Positions 14,506 through 30,406 of a stretch of 64,000 bases of DNA are shown piece after piece. Location of the stretch: the NCBI RefSeq assembly GCF_009914755.1, contig NC_060933.1; one strand, given 5' to 3'. Made by a program: the position numbers and the translations under genes. The stretch comes from the human T2T-CHM13v2.0 reference genome, Homo sapiens. Numbering within the stretch: position 1 is the stretch's first letter; each line of letters starts with the position of its first letter. Below the pieces are notes generated by a model that saw only the letters and a list, made by a program, of their open reading frames with translations, did no database searches and was not told where the DNA came from.

Positions 14506-15655
14506 GAAAAATGTGTTTACTATATCGGCTTAGAAACATGCCTCATTTCTAGGAAATAAAAGATAGAGGTGAGAGATGATTTACTTTGAGAAAAGACATT
14601 GTGTCACCTATGAAATTTTATTAGGCACAGAGTCATATTTTAAGGTAGATAGTTCTGTACTGCTGAAATAGTAATTTTAATGTCTTTATGTTGCCACATG
14701 TTAAGACCATAATGTAGTTATAAATGGAAATGCTTACACCTGAAGTGAGTATTTTCAAATTAAAATTTAATTAAGTGATTTTCTTCGACACTTAATTCTA
14801 GATTCCCCAGATGAATTGAAGTGTATTGCTGTGTCTTGTAATACCTTGCTTTAACTAGCTTTTTTTGTATTTTAGTTGGTATAGCTTTGTTATTATTCAT
14901 ATTAACAAATCTGAAAATATGTCAAATTACGTATTTTTATGACCACGTAATGTTTTAAAGGCACCTACTGGTTATAAAATCATAATTTAGGATAAATGTG
15001 GTAAAACTTAGCGAAACTATATTTGGTTTAGTTTTCCCACTGGTATTTATAGTTTACTTTGAATATTTGTATTAATAATTAGCTCATAATTTTTATTGCA
15101 AGGCTCAATGACTGTCATTGGAATATAATTTTGTTCAGTACAAAGATACTTGTAGCTGTCTGTGATTTACGAGTTAGGCACTACATCTCCATTTTCAGAC
15201 TGAGGGGTGGCAGGTTTCACATACAGTGGGAATGGAGTAATTACAGGAGGGAGTTGTAGGAGCTTTGAAGTCAGAGAGGGAGGTAGAGGCCTTTTTACCT
15301 AGGGCCTCAAAGGCCATTGGAATTTTACTTTTATTCTGAGATAGGAATCTGTTGGAAGTATTTGAACAGGTGATTGAATATGTTGGGAACTTTGAGGCTG
15401 AGTTGAGCTTCTGAGATGATTGAATGTTGGAATGAATCTGTTGTGTAAGTAAGAGAATACCAATTTGGCAGGAAGAGAACATATTCTGCATCCCTCACTG
15501 AATTCAGTAATAAATAAAAATGTGTACATGTGATTAAAAGAAGGTGAATTGATATGTGTGGTGATAATTTTCAAAGTAGATATGTTAGAATTAAACATTA
15601 TTAACATAATTTAATAAGGCAGTTTATAAAATCAGTAACAAAAATATTTTACCAG

Positions 15656-15805
15656 GTGGTTGTGAGACAACTTCAACAAGAAGTGGCTGACAGCGTAAAA
15701 AAATTAACGACGTTAGAGTCTCCACTGGAAGGTATATCACGTTGTCACATTAATTTGGATGAGACACAGGCCTCAAATAAGAAATTATTTCAAGTGAAAA
15801 GTCAA
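15656..15805 (+). CDS. Downstream ANKRD18/26-like exon (VVVRQLQQEVADSVKK...QVKSQ), open
   Basis: accag acceptor, CAA|gtatgt donor, 150 nt, phase 0 to 0, no stop. Use in vivo unproven. Confidence 0.65.
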
Positions 15806-16439
15806 GTATGTATGGAATTTAACATGTCAACAGTTATTCTGTAGCTAGTTGAATTATATAACGTGTTTTAGGATACTAATTTTGGCAGAAGCTTGATTTT
15901 TTATTTTCATTATAATGAATGATTTCCATTTTACTATCTTTATAATGTACTTATTTTTTTATATTGTGTCTTTCATTCTACCATTTTGAGAAACCATTGC
16001 ATACCTTTTCTCTTACAATATGTACCCTTGGAAAAGTTGAGAATTATACATCATTCCTCATAGAAAATTGACTTTTTTCCTGTTAAACAGTATTTTTAAG
16101 TAATTTTTGTATTGCTCTGATGAGGCAGGCCAGATTAAATCAGAGGAGAATGTTTCATGGAATGTTCCAGAAAATTGTCTTATTTCTTCACTTTTGTGAA
16201 TGGACACAGAATCTGTGTCTATTTGTTTCACAGATTCTAGGTTAACTTGTACAGAAAGGCCATTATACTATTCTTTGAAATGTGCATGTTTTAGGTTAAT
16301 TTACAAACTATTTGAAAAGTTAGGCATTTTCTTTATCTTTTATTTAAAATATACTGTAAAACTGTAGAAATATTTAGATTTTATATAGCATGTACATCAA
16401 AAATTAAGAGTTGAGAAAATTATCTTGATCCTGCCTTTG

Positions 16440-16940
16440 GATTTTAAAAAGATTCACTGAGATGTCATTCACATATCAGGCAGTTCAACCATTTAAAATG
16501 TACAACTCAGTGTCTATTAGTATGTTCACAGCATTTTCGTCACCCTGAAAAGTGACCCCACATCTCCTAGGCATGACTGCAGCCTTCCTCCATGTCCCTC
16601 CACCTACCCCTGTTGTAGGCAACCACCGTCTACTTTTGTCTCCATATGTTTGCCTGTTCTGCATATTTCATATACATAGAGTTATACAATATGTAGTCCT
16701 TTGTGACTGGCTTTTTCACTTAGCATAATGTTTTCAGAATTCATGCATGTTTTAGCACACATTCGTAGTTTATTTCTTCTTATAGTTAAATGATATTCTA
16801 TTCCATGGCTATACTGGTTTTCCATTCGTTCATCAGTTGATGGACCTTTAGGTTAGTTTCCACTTTTTAGCTATTATGAAAAATGCTGCTGTGAACATTC
16901 ACTTACAGGTTATTATGTGGACACGGGTTTTTATTTCCCT
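16440..16940 (-). mobile_element. L1M 3' end, antisense
   Basis: ccatttaaaatgtacaactcagtg...ttttcacttagcataatgttttc...gctattatgaaaaatgctgctgtgaacattc. Confidence 0.75.
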
Positions 16941-18036
16941 GCCATTGGACTTTATCCTCAGAGTTAATTGGGCAGATTTCAGCACTTGTCTTGCTCATGC
17001 TATTCTTTCTGCCTTCTCAGTTTCTGTTCATCTAGCCTCATTCATTCAGACCTGGCAGACAATTTTTTTGTTTTCATGAAGCTTTCTCTGACTGTTCTGT
17101 CATTGACCTTATGTGTTAGCAATCGTTGTCTAGTCTGTGCTGAAAAACTTAGTCCTTAATTTTACATGGCTTTTATTTTTTTATGGAAGATAATTTTCTC
17201 TCATTATAAATTTGCTTAATGGGGGAATAATATATAATGTGTATGCCACCTATCCTTGCATACATTGAAAATATTTTAGCTTAGAAGTTTGTAGCATACA
17301 ATTCAATCATTTATACCATACCAATTATTTCTTCCTTGAGACCTTGACACAGTAAGGTTATATTCTAAATATAGTTTTAGCAATTAAATATCAAATCTAA
17401 CCCAATTAGTCTAACACAGGAGATGCGTTCAATCACGTGTTTATGTTTTTCTCTCTATGAAAAAGAATATAAATTGGCCTTTTTTCACTATGCAGCCATT
17501 ACTGTGTTTCTGGACTGCTCCCAGTCTGTCAGCTGAACAGTTCTGGTTGCAGCTTGTCTGATGAAGGATAGCACAGCCCCTCAATCTGAGTGCTCAGCAG
17601 AGTGCTTGTGAAGGCAGCACCACAGCAACAGTTGCTCAGAGGGAACGGATTCAGGAGCCTTGACTTAGCAATAGAGTCCAGGGTTTTCAGCTCAGTGTCT
17701 TTAGCCTGTCTCTGCTGGTCATGTCAGTTACGTACTATTCCATCCAGGAGGTGCTATTTACATTGTAGTACATACACAGTCATTGCCTAATGAGTCATAC
17801 AGAGAGAAAAGTAAGTTATAAATTATGTCCCCCATTTGCTGCAACTCTCAGTGTTAAGAATGATTCAGTGCAGCTATAGGAGACTACTTCCATTGGCATG
17901 CCACCTGCGTAAAATACACAATTTTGTTAAGATATACAATAAAATTATTATGCTAATAGCAAATATTTTATGTAGCTCACTATGTTCCATGTAGTCTTCT
18001 AAGTGCTTCATGTTAGTCCCCAGTTAAACACCTGGT

Positions 18037-18305
18037 TTTGGAAGGCTGAGGCAGGAGGATTGCTTGAGCCCAGGAGTTTGAGACCAGCCAGAGCAATATA
18101 GTGAGACTCTGTCTCTAAAAAAAAAAAAATTTTTTTTAAACACTTAGCTGAGGCATGGTGGTGCATGCCTGTAGTCCCAGCTACATTGGGAGGCTGTGGT
18201 AGGAGGGTCGTTTGAGCTTGGAATATTGAGGCTGCAGTGAGCAGTGATCAAGCCACTGCACTCCAGCCTAGGTAGCAGAGGGAGACTCTGTCTCATAAAT
18301 AAAAC
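18037..18305 (+). mobile_element. Alu (5'-truncated, J-like)
   Basis: ggaggattgcttgagcccaggagtttgagaccagcc...gactctgtctc. Confidence 0.85.
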
Positions 18306-18723
18306 ATGTTGTATAGATTCCCATAGAAGTGAGTTAGACATCAGGCATAGAATTATTAGCCGCTTTGATGTCTGCCTTGGGAGTAAAACACATAATAAGG
18401 GGCAGCTTTAAACCATCTCAATCAATAGCCTCTAACTTCTCCAGAAGGTTCTTATTTCATGAATTTCTAAGCAAGGGACTACCTGGATTAAGACATTTGG
18501 TAGACACCATTTTGAGATGAAGAATCTTGAATGGGAAGAAGGGAGATCTCTACTTACTGAAGCTTCCCGATGACATAGTTGAGTGTCCCCCAAAAGGAAC
18601 TTTAGAACAAGATGTTCATCATGCCATATCTCTATGGAAAAGGAAATTATTTAAAAGAAAACAAAGGCAAACAATTGATAATCTGATTTTCATGGGAAAG
18701 TTTTCATTATCAAAGAAAAAGAG

Positions 18724-19012
18724 GGCTGGGTTCCATGGCTCACATCTGTAATCCCAACACTTTGGGAGGCTGAGAGGGGTGGATTACCTGAGGTCAGGAG
18801 TTCAAAAACAGCCTGGCCAACATGGTGAAACCCTGTCTCTACTGAAAATACAAAAATTAGCCAGGCGTGGTGGTGTGCACCTGTAGTCCCAGCTACTTGC
18901 GAGGCAGAGGCAGGAGAATCACTTGAACCCAGGAGGTAGAAGTTGCAGTAAGCTGAGATGGCTTACTGCATCCAGCCTGGATGACACAGTGTGACTCCAT
19001 CTCAAAAAAAGA
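18724..19012 (+). mobile_element. Alu
   Basis: Full dimer with A-tail. Confidence 0.9.
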
Positions 19013-19363
19013 AAAGGACAAAGTATATTGGTCCAAAAAAGAAGAAAGAATGAAAAAAAGGACAAAGTATACTGGTTAGTATCGTAACAGTGAGATAGTC
19101 CCCCTTTGAGATTAGAAAATAACAGTATACTCAAAGTAACATCAATAAGAACCAACATAAAATAGACAAGATTCACTATCTACAAAAGTAATCTGCACCA
19201 AGTAGCAATGTATGAGCATGTGGTGGAGAATATTGTCTATAATATGTGTACTAGAAGGAAGAGACCTCAAGAAAAAGGTCAGAGCTGGAAATGTAGATTA
19301 GGGAATCTAGGTCAAAGTTTTGAGATTTTAGGAGTCCTGAGAGAATTTAAAAAGTGAAATAGC

Positions 19364-19711
<348 letters not shown>

Positions 19712-20498
19712 TTAGAAAGGAGGCGGGGTCAGAGGAGCAGAGGGAGCATTTGGTCACTGCTCTGCTGAGTAAAGCAGGATAAAGTCCTTCATGACCGTTG
19801 GACTTTTTTATTGGAATTATTAAAAATCAGATTTCAGTATAAAAAACACAATAATTGATGAAAAAAGATTTCTGAATGAGACCATGTGTCATAGAGTCCA
19901 ATGGAAGGGGAGAAACAGGATAATAGAAAAGCCACAAAAAGTAGACGAAAGTTGTTTTTGTTTATTGTAGAAAAAATAAACTTTATTTAAAGAGAAATGG
20001 TTAAGAGAAAGGGAAAAACTGAAACCTGTGGGTGAATACTTAGAATGACAGTATTTAGCTCAGCCTGAAGACAGATGAGGATGAAAAATGTAATGGGAAC
20101 TAGATAAGAGTTTTCTAAAATTTGTCTTAGTAAGATGTAATTTAAGAGAACTTGGAATATCTTAAACTGTTAAAAACAATATTTCTAGAGCATCTTTAAA
20201 AACTAAAATGTAAATATAACTACTCTTTTTTTTAAACTAACCCTTAGTATTTTGTGTGTAAAAACCCTCATTTGTAACAAACATTGTTGGCAGTTTAAAT
20301 TTCAGAAAAGATGATGATGAAAATTTGAATCATTTTTAGCAGTTTTAAGAAAAGTGACTATTATTGAAATCTGACCTTATTGGCGTCAGGTTTATAAAAT
20401 GCACTTTATACACCTGCATAAATACGTATTACTAATCCACTTATGAGAAATAATATTTTTGAGATGAGGGTTTCCAGATTTTACAAAAATAATTTTAA

Positions 20499-20693
<195 letters not shown>

Positions 20694-20865
20694 TAAAACC
20701 TAGATACAAATTCATTTTATGTTTGCATTTTCATAATTAAATGAATTCTATTTTAAAATGTATTTCAGAAACTCACAGCACAACTTTTTAGACGTGTGTC
20801 ATGGGGGTGGGAGTCAGCTGAGCTGCTGGGGCAAGGTGAAATTTTTTTTGAATGCCAAAATATTC

Positions 20866-21147
20866 TTTTTTTTTTTTTTTTTTTTTGAGAAAAAGTCTGG
20901 CTTTGTTTCCCAGACTGGAGTACAATGGCGCGGTCTTGGCTCACTGCAACCTATGCCTCCAAGCAATTTTCCTGCCTCAGCCTCCTGAGTAGCTGGCATT
21001 ACAGGCATGTGCCACCACACCCGGCTAATTTTTGTATTTTTATTAGAGACGGGGTTTTGCCAAGTTGGTCAGGCTGGTCTCAAATTCCTGACCTCGTGAT
21101 CTGCCCGCCTCGGCCTCCCAAAGTGACATGAGCCACCATGCCCGGCC
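20866..21147 (-). mobile_element. Alu with small internal deletions
   Basis: Long poly-T, reverse Alu, tattcttt flanking repeat. Confidence 0.88.
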
Positions 21148-22035
21148 ACTTATTCTTTAATGATTTTGAAAACAATGACCACGCCTTGGACATATACTGT
21201 CCAGTGCACTCTTCATTATCTGGTTTGAATTTTTATTTCTGAAGATATTTTTTGCTGTCTGTGGTCATTTTTTCTTCCTTTTGTGGTATCCTCTGCTGCA
21301 TTCAAATTGTTTAAAGGAGACCTGTTTGTGTCATTCTTTAACATCAAATTTATCTTGATATGTAGCTTATATTTTGTTTCTGCTTTTTCTTTTAGATATA
21401 AAACGTGGAAATTTACTCATTGTACATGAGTACCTCTGTTGTATACATGAAGTATACATGTTATTAAACTTGTTTTACATAAATAAATTTCATATATATA
21501 AAAATATATGTATAACTTAAAGAAAAAGTAAAATGAACATTCATGTTTTGATCACAGATTTTTTTTAAAACAATGGAATCTGTCTTTGAAGCCCTGAACA
21601 CAGCTACTTTTCTATTTATTTACTGAGCACTTAATTTGGTTTTCTGATTAGAATCAACATTTTTCTGTCATTGCTTTTCTCTACATGGTTTTGTATCTCT
21701 TTCATTTTGTTGACATTATGTCAGCAAAGATGTCTAGATCTCTTCTTCAAAGTCTTTAAATCGTCACACATCTCTCTGCCCCTTTCCTTTTTTCTAAAAC
21801 TGCCTGTATCCTTTTTCTCCTCAACTCAGATATTAAAGATGTTTTCTTCTCTTTTTCTACATTGAATGATCTCCTTGATGCTTTTTGTGTGTACTTTTTT
21901 TTCTTCTGATAGACTGTGGTCAGTGGGTATCAAAATGTACTTTTGTGTCTTTTTAAATGTATGTGTTTTACTTTTTTATCTTGGTTACTCATCTCTGGGT
22001 TATGGCTTATATTTAGTAACACGTTATTTTACTTA

Positions 22036-22388
<353 letters not shown>

Positions 22389-22597
22389 CACTGTATGGCT
22401 ATAATATCACTTTACCTGCCCTATATTCCATAAAATTATTCTTCATATTATTTATCTAAGATTATAATTTCATATAGAATGCTTTCAAACTATGTTCAGT
22501 TGAAACTGAAAGTAACATAGTTTATAGATTTGTTTCTTTGATATGCCATAACAGATGTTTAAACAATTATTAAATATTTACTCTTAAAAATACTTGA

Positions 22598-22759
<162 letters not shown>

Positions 22760-22764
22760 TAAAA

Positions 22765-23265
22765 AAATTATTTTATGTTAAGGTCTAGATTACATGTGTG
22801 AGACATGCAGGTTTGTTATATAGGTAAACGTGTGTCATGTTGGTTTGCTGCACCTATCAATCCATCACCTAGATATTAAGCCCTGCAGGCATTAGCTATT
22901 GATCTTGATGCTCTCCCTCCTGATCCTAACAGGCCCCAGTGTTTGTTGTTCCCCTCCCCAAGTCCATGTGTTCTCATCATTCAGCTCCCACTTCTAAGTG
23001 AGAAGATGCAGTGTTTGTTTTTTTCTTCCTGCATTAGTTTGCTGAAGATATCAGCTTTGAGCTCATCCATATCCCTGCAAAAAGCATGATCTCATTCATT
23101 TTTATGGCTCCATAGTATTCCATGGTGTATATGTACCACATTTTCTTTATCCCGTCTATCACTGATGGACATCTGGGTTGATTCCATGGCTTTACTGTTG
23201 GGAATAGTGCTGCAATGAACATACAAATGCATGTATCTTTATAATAGAATAATTTATATTCCAAC
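22765..23265 (-). mobile_element. L1PA 3' fragment, antisense, next to an exon donor
   Basis: acatgcaggtttgttatataggtaaacgtgtg...gctgcaatgaacata; the minus-strand ORF 23034-23264 is L1 ORF2 C-terminal-like. Confidence 0.88.
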
Positions 23266-23954
23266 GTATGGTAATTTTAAATCAGTTTTGGTATTAAAAA
23301 TCATGTAATTTTGGAAAATATTGATAATGGAAAAACCCAAATTCTGCCAAAATATGTTGAGAAAATAGAGGGTAAATATATCTTTTCAGACTTTAAATGC
23401 CTCAGGCTCTTAGTTAATCTTCCCCAGATCTGGGAAGAACTAGAAGGGGAGAGATTGGGCTACGTTAATGAGGGCCATTTCAATCTCTTGGCCCTGCAGC
23501 AGCCATTTCAAAATATGACAAAAAAATATATTTGGGGGTAAAATATTTTGATTTCCTTCAGCTTCTTCTCTCTGTGATGCTGCACCAGAATCAGGTTAGA
23601 AAGGAAGCCACATTATAAGAGTTAATAAAACCCATCTGATGAGATTTGATAGTTTGAAGGGTGTGATTCCCAGACCCTTTAGATAGAAATTGGGGCCAAG
23701 GAAAACAAGGTCTTATTCCTCAATATAAATCTGTCAGTGCTTTAAGCAGTGAAAGATTTTTCATTTAATTTTACAGACTTGAAACTAATGAAAAGGATAG
23801 CTTTTAAAATATAAATCTCTTTTTCTATGAAAAGGACATGCTGTTGATTCTCTTAGGCCTTGAACCCTGGCCAGTGATCTGAAACCAAGCAGTACCTGTC
23901 TCCAGATCACTACTACCAAAATCACTAGTACCAAATTAATTTGGGGTGGGGGTA

Positions 23955-25680
23955 ACAGGTTTATTGAGAAATAATGAACACACCATGCAATTCACTCATT
24001 TAAAATATACAATTTATTAACTTCAGTATTTTCAGAGAGTTATGCAGTCATCATTACAATCAATTGTAGAACATTTTCATCACCCTAAAAACAAACCCCA
24101 CATCATTTAGCTATCTTCACTAGTTTTCCCTTCCTCCCTCAGCCCTAGGTAACCACCCACCTTCTTTGTATAGATTTGCCTATAAGCCTCTGAAATGAAA
24201 AGCAAGTGGTCTACTGTGACTGGCTCATTTCACTTAGCATAATTTTCCATGCTGCATCTGTGCTGCAGCAGGTATTGATGCAGGGTTTTTGCTCCTTAGT
24301 TCAGCTCAATCTGGGTTCTTCTCTCATGACCAGGAAAAATTAAGCACACAGACACATTGAAGGGTGAGGAGGACAGAATTTATTAAGTGAAAGGAAAGCT
24401 CTCAGCAAAGAGGGGCGTCCTGCAAACAGGTTTCCACCTCACAATTGAATACCAGGAGCACAGGAGCTGAAGCGGCCAGGCTCCTGCTCTGCATAAGGCG
24501 TGAATTCCTGGTGACTCCACCCCATCCCCCCAGTGCTTGTGGGCCTCGGGTCTGCTGCCGGCATGTCCAGGCAAGACAAGTCCAGGTTCCCTTATCTGCA
24601 CATAACGTCTGGTGTAAACACTTGTGAGGCTTGTTGGGGATTCTCCGGGGACCCTTCCTTATCTGCCTAGGCATTTTGCTGTCTCCTCCTAATACAGTAT
24701 CAGTACTTAGTTTCTTCTTATTGCTGAGTGATATTCCATTGTATGGATACATCAAACAGTTTATTTATCCATTCACCAGGTGATGGACCTTTGGGTTCTT
24801 TCCCACCCAAAGGTGATGGACATTTTGGTTCTTTCCACTTTTCACTCTTACTAATAATGCTGCTGTAAACATTTATGTATGAGTTTTTGTGCTTGCATAT
24901 GTTTTTGATTTTCTGGAGTATATACTCATGACTGGAATTTCTGGGTCGTGTGGTAACTTCATGCTTAACCTTTTGAGGAGCTGCCAGTTTGTTTTCCAAA
25001 GTGGCTGCACCACTTTACATCCCCTGCAGCATTGGATAAGGGCTTTAATTTCTTTACATTTTTCCTAACACTTATTTTCTCTTTTTTATTGAATAAAGGT
25101 TTCATCCTGTGGTGTGAAGTGATACCACACGTGGTTTTGATTTACTTTTTCCTAATGACTAATTACATTAAGCATCTATTAATGTGCTTATTATCCATCT
25201 TTATATCTTCTTTGCAAATATATCTATTCAAAATCTTTGCCCATTTTTTAAATTGGGTTATCTTGTTATTTATGAATTGCAAAGGTTCTTTATATATCCT
25301 ACATATGTAAGTCCCTTATCAGATACATGCTTTTCAAATACTTTCTTCTACTCAGTATCTTACCTTTTCACTTCTTGATACTGTCTTCTTAAGCACAGCA
25401 GTTTTCAATTTTGAAGTTCATTGAATCCATTTTTCCTTTGGAGTCATAGCTAAGAAAACACTGCCAAATGCAGTCACAAAGATTTATGCCAGGGTTTTCT
25501 TCGTACTTTATTTATTTTTTGCATGTGGATATCCAGTTGTCGCAGCACCATTTGTTGAAAAGACTATTCTTTTCCCATTCTGTTCTTTTGTTAACCTTGT
25601 ATAAAATCAATTGACTGTAAATGTGCAGGTTTATTTGTAGATTATCAATTCTTAGTTTGTTTATATCTATTCTTATGCCA
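23955..25680 (-). mobile_element. L1M antisense, interrupted by a solo LTR
   Basis: L1 3'UTR/ORF2-end motifs either side of 24276-24696 (ccaaagtggctgcaccact, gcaccatttgttgaaaagact). Confidence 0.75.
24276..24696. mobile_element. Solo ERV1-class LTR (subfamily not determined)
   Basis: Begins TG, ends CA, 421 bp, with a 4-bp TSD gtat (24272-75 and 24697-700), inside an L1. Confidence 0.75.
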
Positions 25681-26999
25681 AGGCCAAATTGAATTTAATG
25701 AGAAGATTTTTTCAAGCATGTTGCATATTACCAGTTGTCTTATATCATAATAAAAATTAAATTTAGTGGAATATCTTTAACTTCACCTTTTGTGCCTCAA
25801 AGGAATCTCTGGCCAGCTTATACCTTACTTACTCTAAGACATGATGGCAAGTCAGGCTTACAAGACACTCTTTCTTTTTTTCTCTATTCAAACCTTTAGT
25901 CTCTTTTCCATTGCCTCCCTCTATAGTTATATTTTCAGTAAGTTTTCATCACAGGATCTGCTGATGTAGTCTAATATTTAGTGTATTATGTTTTGCTAAC
26001 TCATTATAATTCATAGAATCTTCCATAGATGTTTACCATCCAGGAAGGAGAAGTCTGAGCTGCCAGCTTTCCTCAGTGGAAATCATGTGAAGTCATCATG
26101 TTGTAGTTCGCAGATCCTCTTTCCACCTGGTAGCTGGTTCTCTTGGGTAGCTCTGCATCTAATCCTTTACTTGGTGCAGTTCTTGCATTCTCAGAAACCA
26201 CAGTTCCCTGTATTGACCTCCTTTTACTGAAACAGAGATGCACAGCTCTGCTTTCTAGCTCAGTAGAGGATTCTTGGGATATAAAGTTTAACTCATTCCA
26301 AGAAAAAGTCTTAGGAGTGCAGCACTTCAAAATCAGGTAATGTTCAGGCAATTTATCAGAGACAAATAGTAGATTAGTATTTTGACTTTTGAAATTTCGG
26401 AGCCAAGTTGTGTGCTGTAGAGAAGCATTGTGGTATAATACAGAGATGGGATGGTCTTAACTTCTCCATACAAACAAGCTTGAAGTAAGATAAAGGAGAA
26501 ATTGCATTTGATGTCTTAACACTCAAAGCATATTGTGCTTATTTTACTTCTGTGAAGACTAAAAATCATTCCATAATGTTCTCCTTATTTCCTCATTGAG
26601 AAAAGGAAAATGAAAATTGAATACTAGATTGATTAATAAATACTCAAAGCTTATTCTTTTAGAATTTTCATTAACTGAAATCAGGCAAATGTCTGATTTT
26701 GGTTATCTAACCAAGTATTTCTAGTTGTTTTTCAAATCATACTTCTTCTTTCTTTGCAGTCTTATTTCCTAACTTGAGGGGAAATTGTAAGGAGACACCC
26801 TTGCCTTGTTATCAGAGTTCATAATTGAAGGGGGTTTTAGGAAATGTTCCTCCTCAGCAGCTTATGTCTCTCTCCTGGTTATCTACTGCTTCTCAATAAT
26901 GTTTGCCATCAATAAATTAATCTCAACATTTATTAGATCCTACTTTAAAGGAGACTCTTTTCTCTGCATAAGTTATGTTTCCTGTTGTCTCTTTTTAAA

Positions 27000-27400
27000 A
27001 CTTATTTTTCTAACAATTATCCAGGGTTTTGTGGCTTAAAAGAAAAACATTTATTTTGTTCATAAACCTATGGTTTGAAAAAAGCTTAGCCAGGACAGGT
27101 CATCTCTGCTCCCCTCAGCTTCCCTAGGAATAGCTGATCAGTTGGGGAAATGGAATCCTCTGAAGCTTTGCTCACCCATGTGTTTGATGGTTGATGCTGG
27201 CCATTGGCTGGAACCTTGGTTGGAGCAGGCAGCGTGAATATTGACACTGACACTCCCAGGCTGTCTCTCTGGCCTGATCTCACTCACAATCTGGGGGCTG
27301 AGTTCAAAGGGAAAGCAGTCTGAGATAGGGAAGCCACATGATATCCCTTTTACTGCATTCTATTCATTAGAAGGAAGTCAGTAAGGATTGCCCATATTCT
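27000..27400 (-). mobile_element. Probable MLT1-type MaLR LTR fragment
   Basis: gtggcttaaaagaaaaacatttattttgttcata...cattctattcattagaaggaagtca motifs; diverged. Confidence 0.5.
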
Positions 27401-27424
27401 GTTTTTTTAATGGGATAAATATAG

Positions 27425-29160
27425 CTTCTCTTTTGTTTTAATTGACATGTATATACATAATTTTGGCCAATAGAGTGATATTTTGATACATGTATATAGT
27501 GTGTAATGATCGAGCTAACTAGCACATTTTACTACTTCAACCATTTTTCATTTTTTGAATTGTGAACATTCAAAATCTTCTGCCTTTTTAAAAATATACA
27601 ATAAATCATAGTTAACCATATTCACCCTACAATGTCACAGAACACCAGAACTCATTCCTCTTATCTAACTGTAATTCGGTATCCATTAACCATCCTCCCC
27701 TCCCCTACCTCTGTGAGCTTTTTTGTTGTTGTTAAGAGACAGGGCCTTGCTAGTCCAGTCTGGGCTCTGGGCATCTGTAGTCACCCAGACTAGAGACAGT
27801 GGCTTGATCATAGCTCACTGCAGCCTCAAACTCTTGGGCTCATGTGATCCTCTGACCTCACCCTCCTGAGCAGCTAGGATTATGGGCATGCACCATTGCA
27901 CCTGTCTGATTTTTGACTTTGTAGAGCTATCTACCTATGTTGTCCAGGGTGCTCTGGAACTTTGGCCTCAAGTGATTCTCCTGCCTTGGTCTTTCAAAGT
28001 GCTAGGAAATTACAGGCAATAGCCATGTTGCCCAGCCCTCAGTTTTTCTTTAGCTCCCACATATGAGTGAGAATGTGCAGTGTTTATCTTTCTGTGTCTG
28101 CACTTAACATACCATCCCTCAGACTGATCCACATGGCCACGAATAACAGGATTGAATTCCTTTATACGGTGAATAGTATTCTACTGTGTTTGTGTGCCAC
28201 AGTTTTTTGTCCATTCATTTGGTTATGGACATGCAGGTTGATTCCATACATCAGCTATTGTGAATAGTGCTACAATAAACATACGAGTACAGGTATCTTT
28301 TTGATCTATTGTTTTCTTTTCTATTGCCTGAATACCCAATAGTGGGTTTGCCGGATCCCTTGGCAGTCCCATTATTAGCTTTTTGAGAAAACCTCATGTT
28401 GTTTTCTATAGTGGCTGCACTAATTTACCTTCCCACCAACAGCATGTTAGAGTTTACTGTTCTCTGGAACCTCACCAGCATATGTTATTTTTTTGTCTTT
28501 TCAATGATAGCAATTTATTCAAATTGAAGCAAGATTGTATCACATTGAAGATTTGATTTTTATTTCCCTGAGGATTAGTGATACTGAGCGTTTTTAAATT
28601 TATTTATTGGCTATTTGTATTTCTTTTTTCTAAAGAAAAGTATAGTTAGATATTTTGCCCAATTTTGAACTCAGATTTTTTTTTACTGTCAAGTTTTTTG
28701 AGTTTCTTGTATATTTTGGATACTAGTCCCTTATTAGATGAATAGTTGACAATATTTTCTCCCATTCCACTGGTTTTCTCTTCACTCAGTTTGCTGGGCA
28801 GAAGCTCTTTATCTTAATGTAATACCATTTGTCTATCATTTGGTTTTTGCCTATGCTTCTGATGTCTTACCCATAAAAATCTTTGTGCAGACTAATGTCC
28901 TCAAGCATTTCTCCTCCATTTACTTAGAGTGGTTTCATAATTTTAGGCCTTAAATGTCAGTCTTCAATCAATTCTGAGTTTATTTCATTATGTGCTGTTA
29001 CATAGGAAGCTAGTATCATTCTTCTCCATATGGATATTTAGTTTTCCCAGTGCCATTCATTTGAAGAGACTGTCCTTTCCCCAGTGTATGTTCTTGGCAC
29101 CTTTGTCCAAAATCAGTTGGCTGTAAATATGTGGATTTATTTCTGGGTGTGTATTCTATG
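27425..29160 (-). mobile_element. L1MA-type antisense fragment containing an old Alu (27720-28037, -)
   Basis: ctcccacatatgagtgagaatgtgc...tagtggctgcactaatttaccttcccaccaacag...ttcttggcacctttgtc. Confidence 0.8.
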
Positions 29161-29269
29161 GCCTTTACCCCAAGAATCATTACTTCTTAAAATGCAATTC
29201 AAATTAGCATGAAACATTTGCAGTTTAAGGAAAGGCTTATGGCATCAGAATCCTTATTTACAGGATTCA

Positions 29270-29567
29270 TTATTTTGTGTTTTTTTGAGATATGGTCTTT
29301 GTCTGTCATCCAGGCAGAAGTGCGGTGATGTGGTCATAATTCACTGCAGCCCTGAACTCTGGGTACAAGCCATCCTTTTGCCTCAGTCTCCCAACTAGCT
29401 GGGTCTACAGGCATGAGCCACCATGCCCAGCTAATTTAAAAAAAAAATTTTGTAGACATGGGGGTCTCACTATGTTGCTCTGGCTGATCTCAAATTCTGG
29501 CCTCAAATGATCATTCTGGCACAGGCTTTTAAATTGCTACAATTACAGGAATGAGCCACCATGCCTA
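29270..29567 (-). mobile_element. Alu (J-like)
   Basis: Diverged reverse Alu. Confidence 0.82.
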
Positions 29568-29917
29568 GTATAGAGTGTTATATTATTTTCAAAGTCTTAT
29601 TCTGAGAGCCATTTATTGACTTTGGCCTAAATAACTCAATATGATATCTCTGAAACTTTTTTTTGACATATTATGGGGAATGATAATGAGGGAAGGTGGT
29701 TAGACACTTTTTACTAAGAGATAACTTAGTGCCATCTAAGGAGGAACAAAAATGAATTATCAGAAAAATAAAAGTAAGATGAAGTGCAAAAGTTCTGTGG
29801 CAAAGATGATGATAGCAAATAATATATTTTTGTGACTCATGGTAGCTTTAACTTTGTTCTTAAAATTCTGAGTAATTTAAGGGTTCACATTTGAAGAATC
29901 CACTGCATTACAGATAA

Positions 29918-30406
<489 letters not shown>

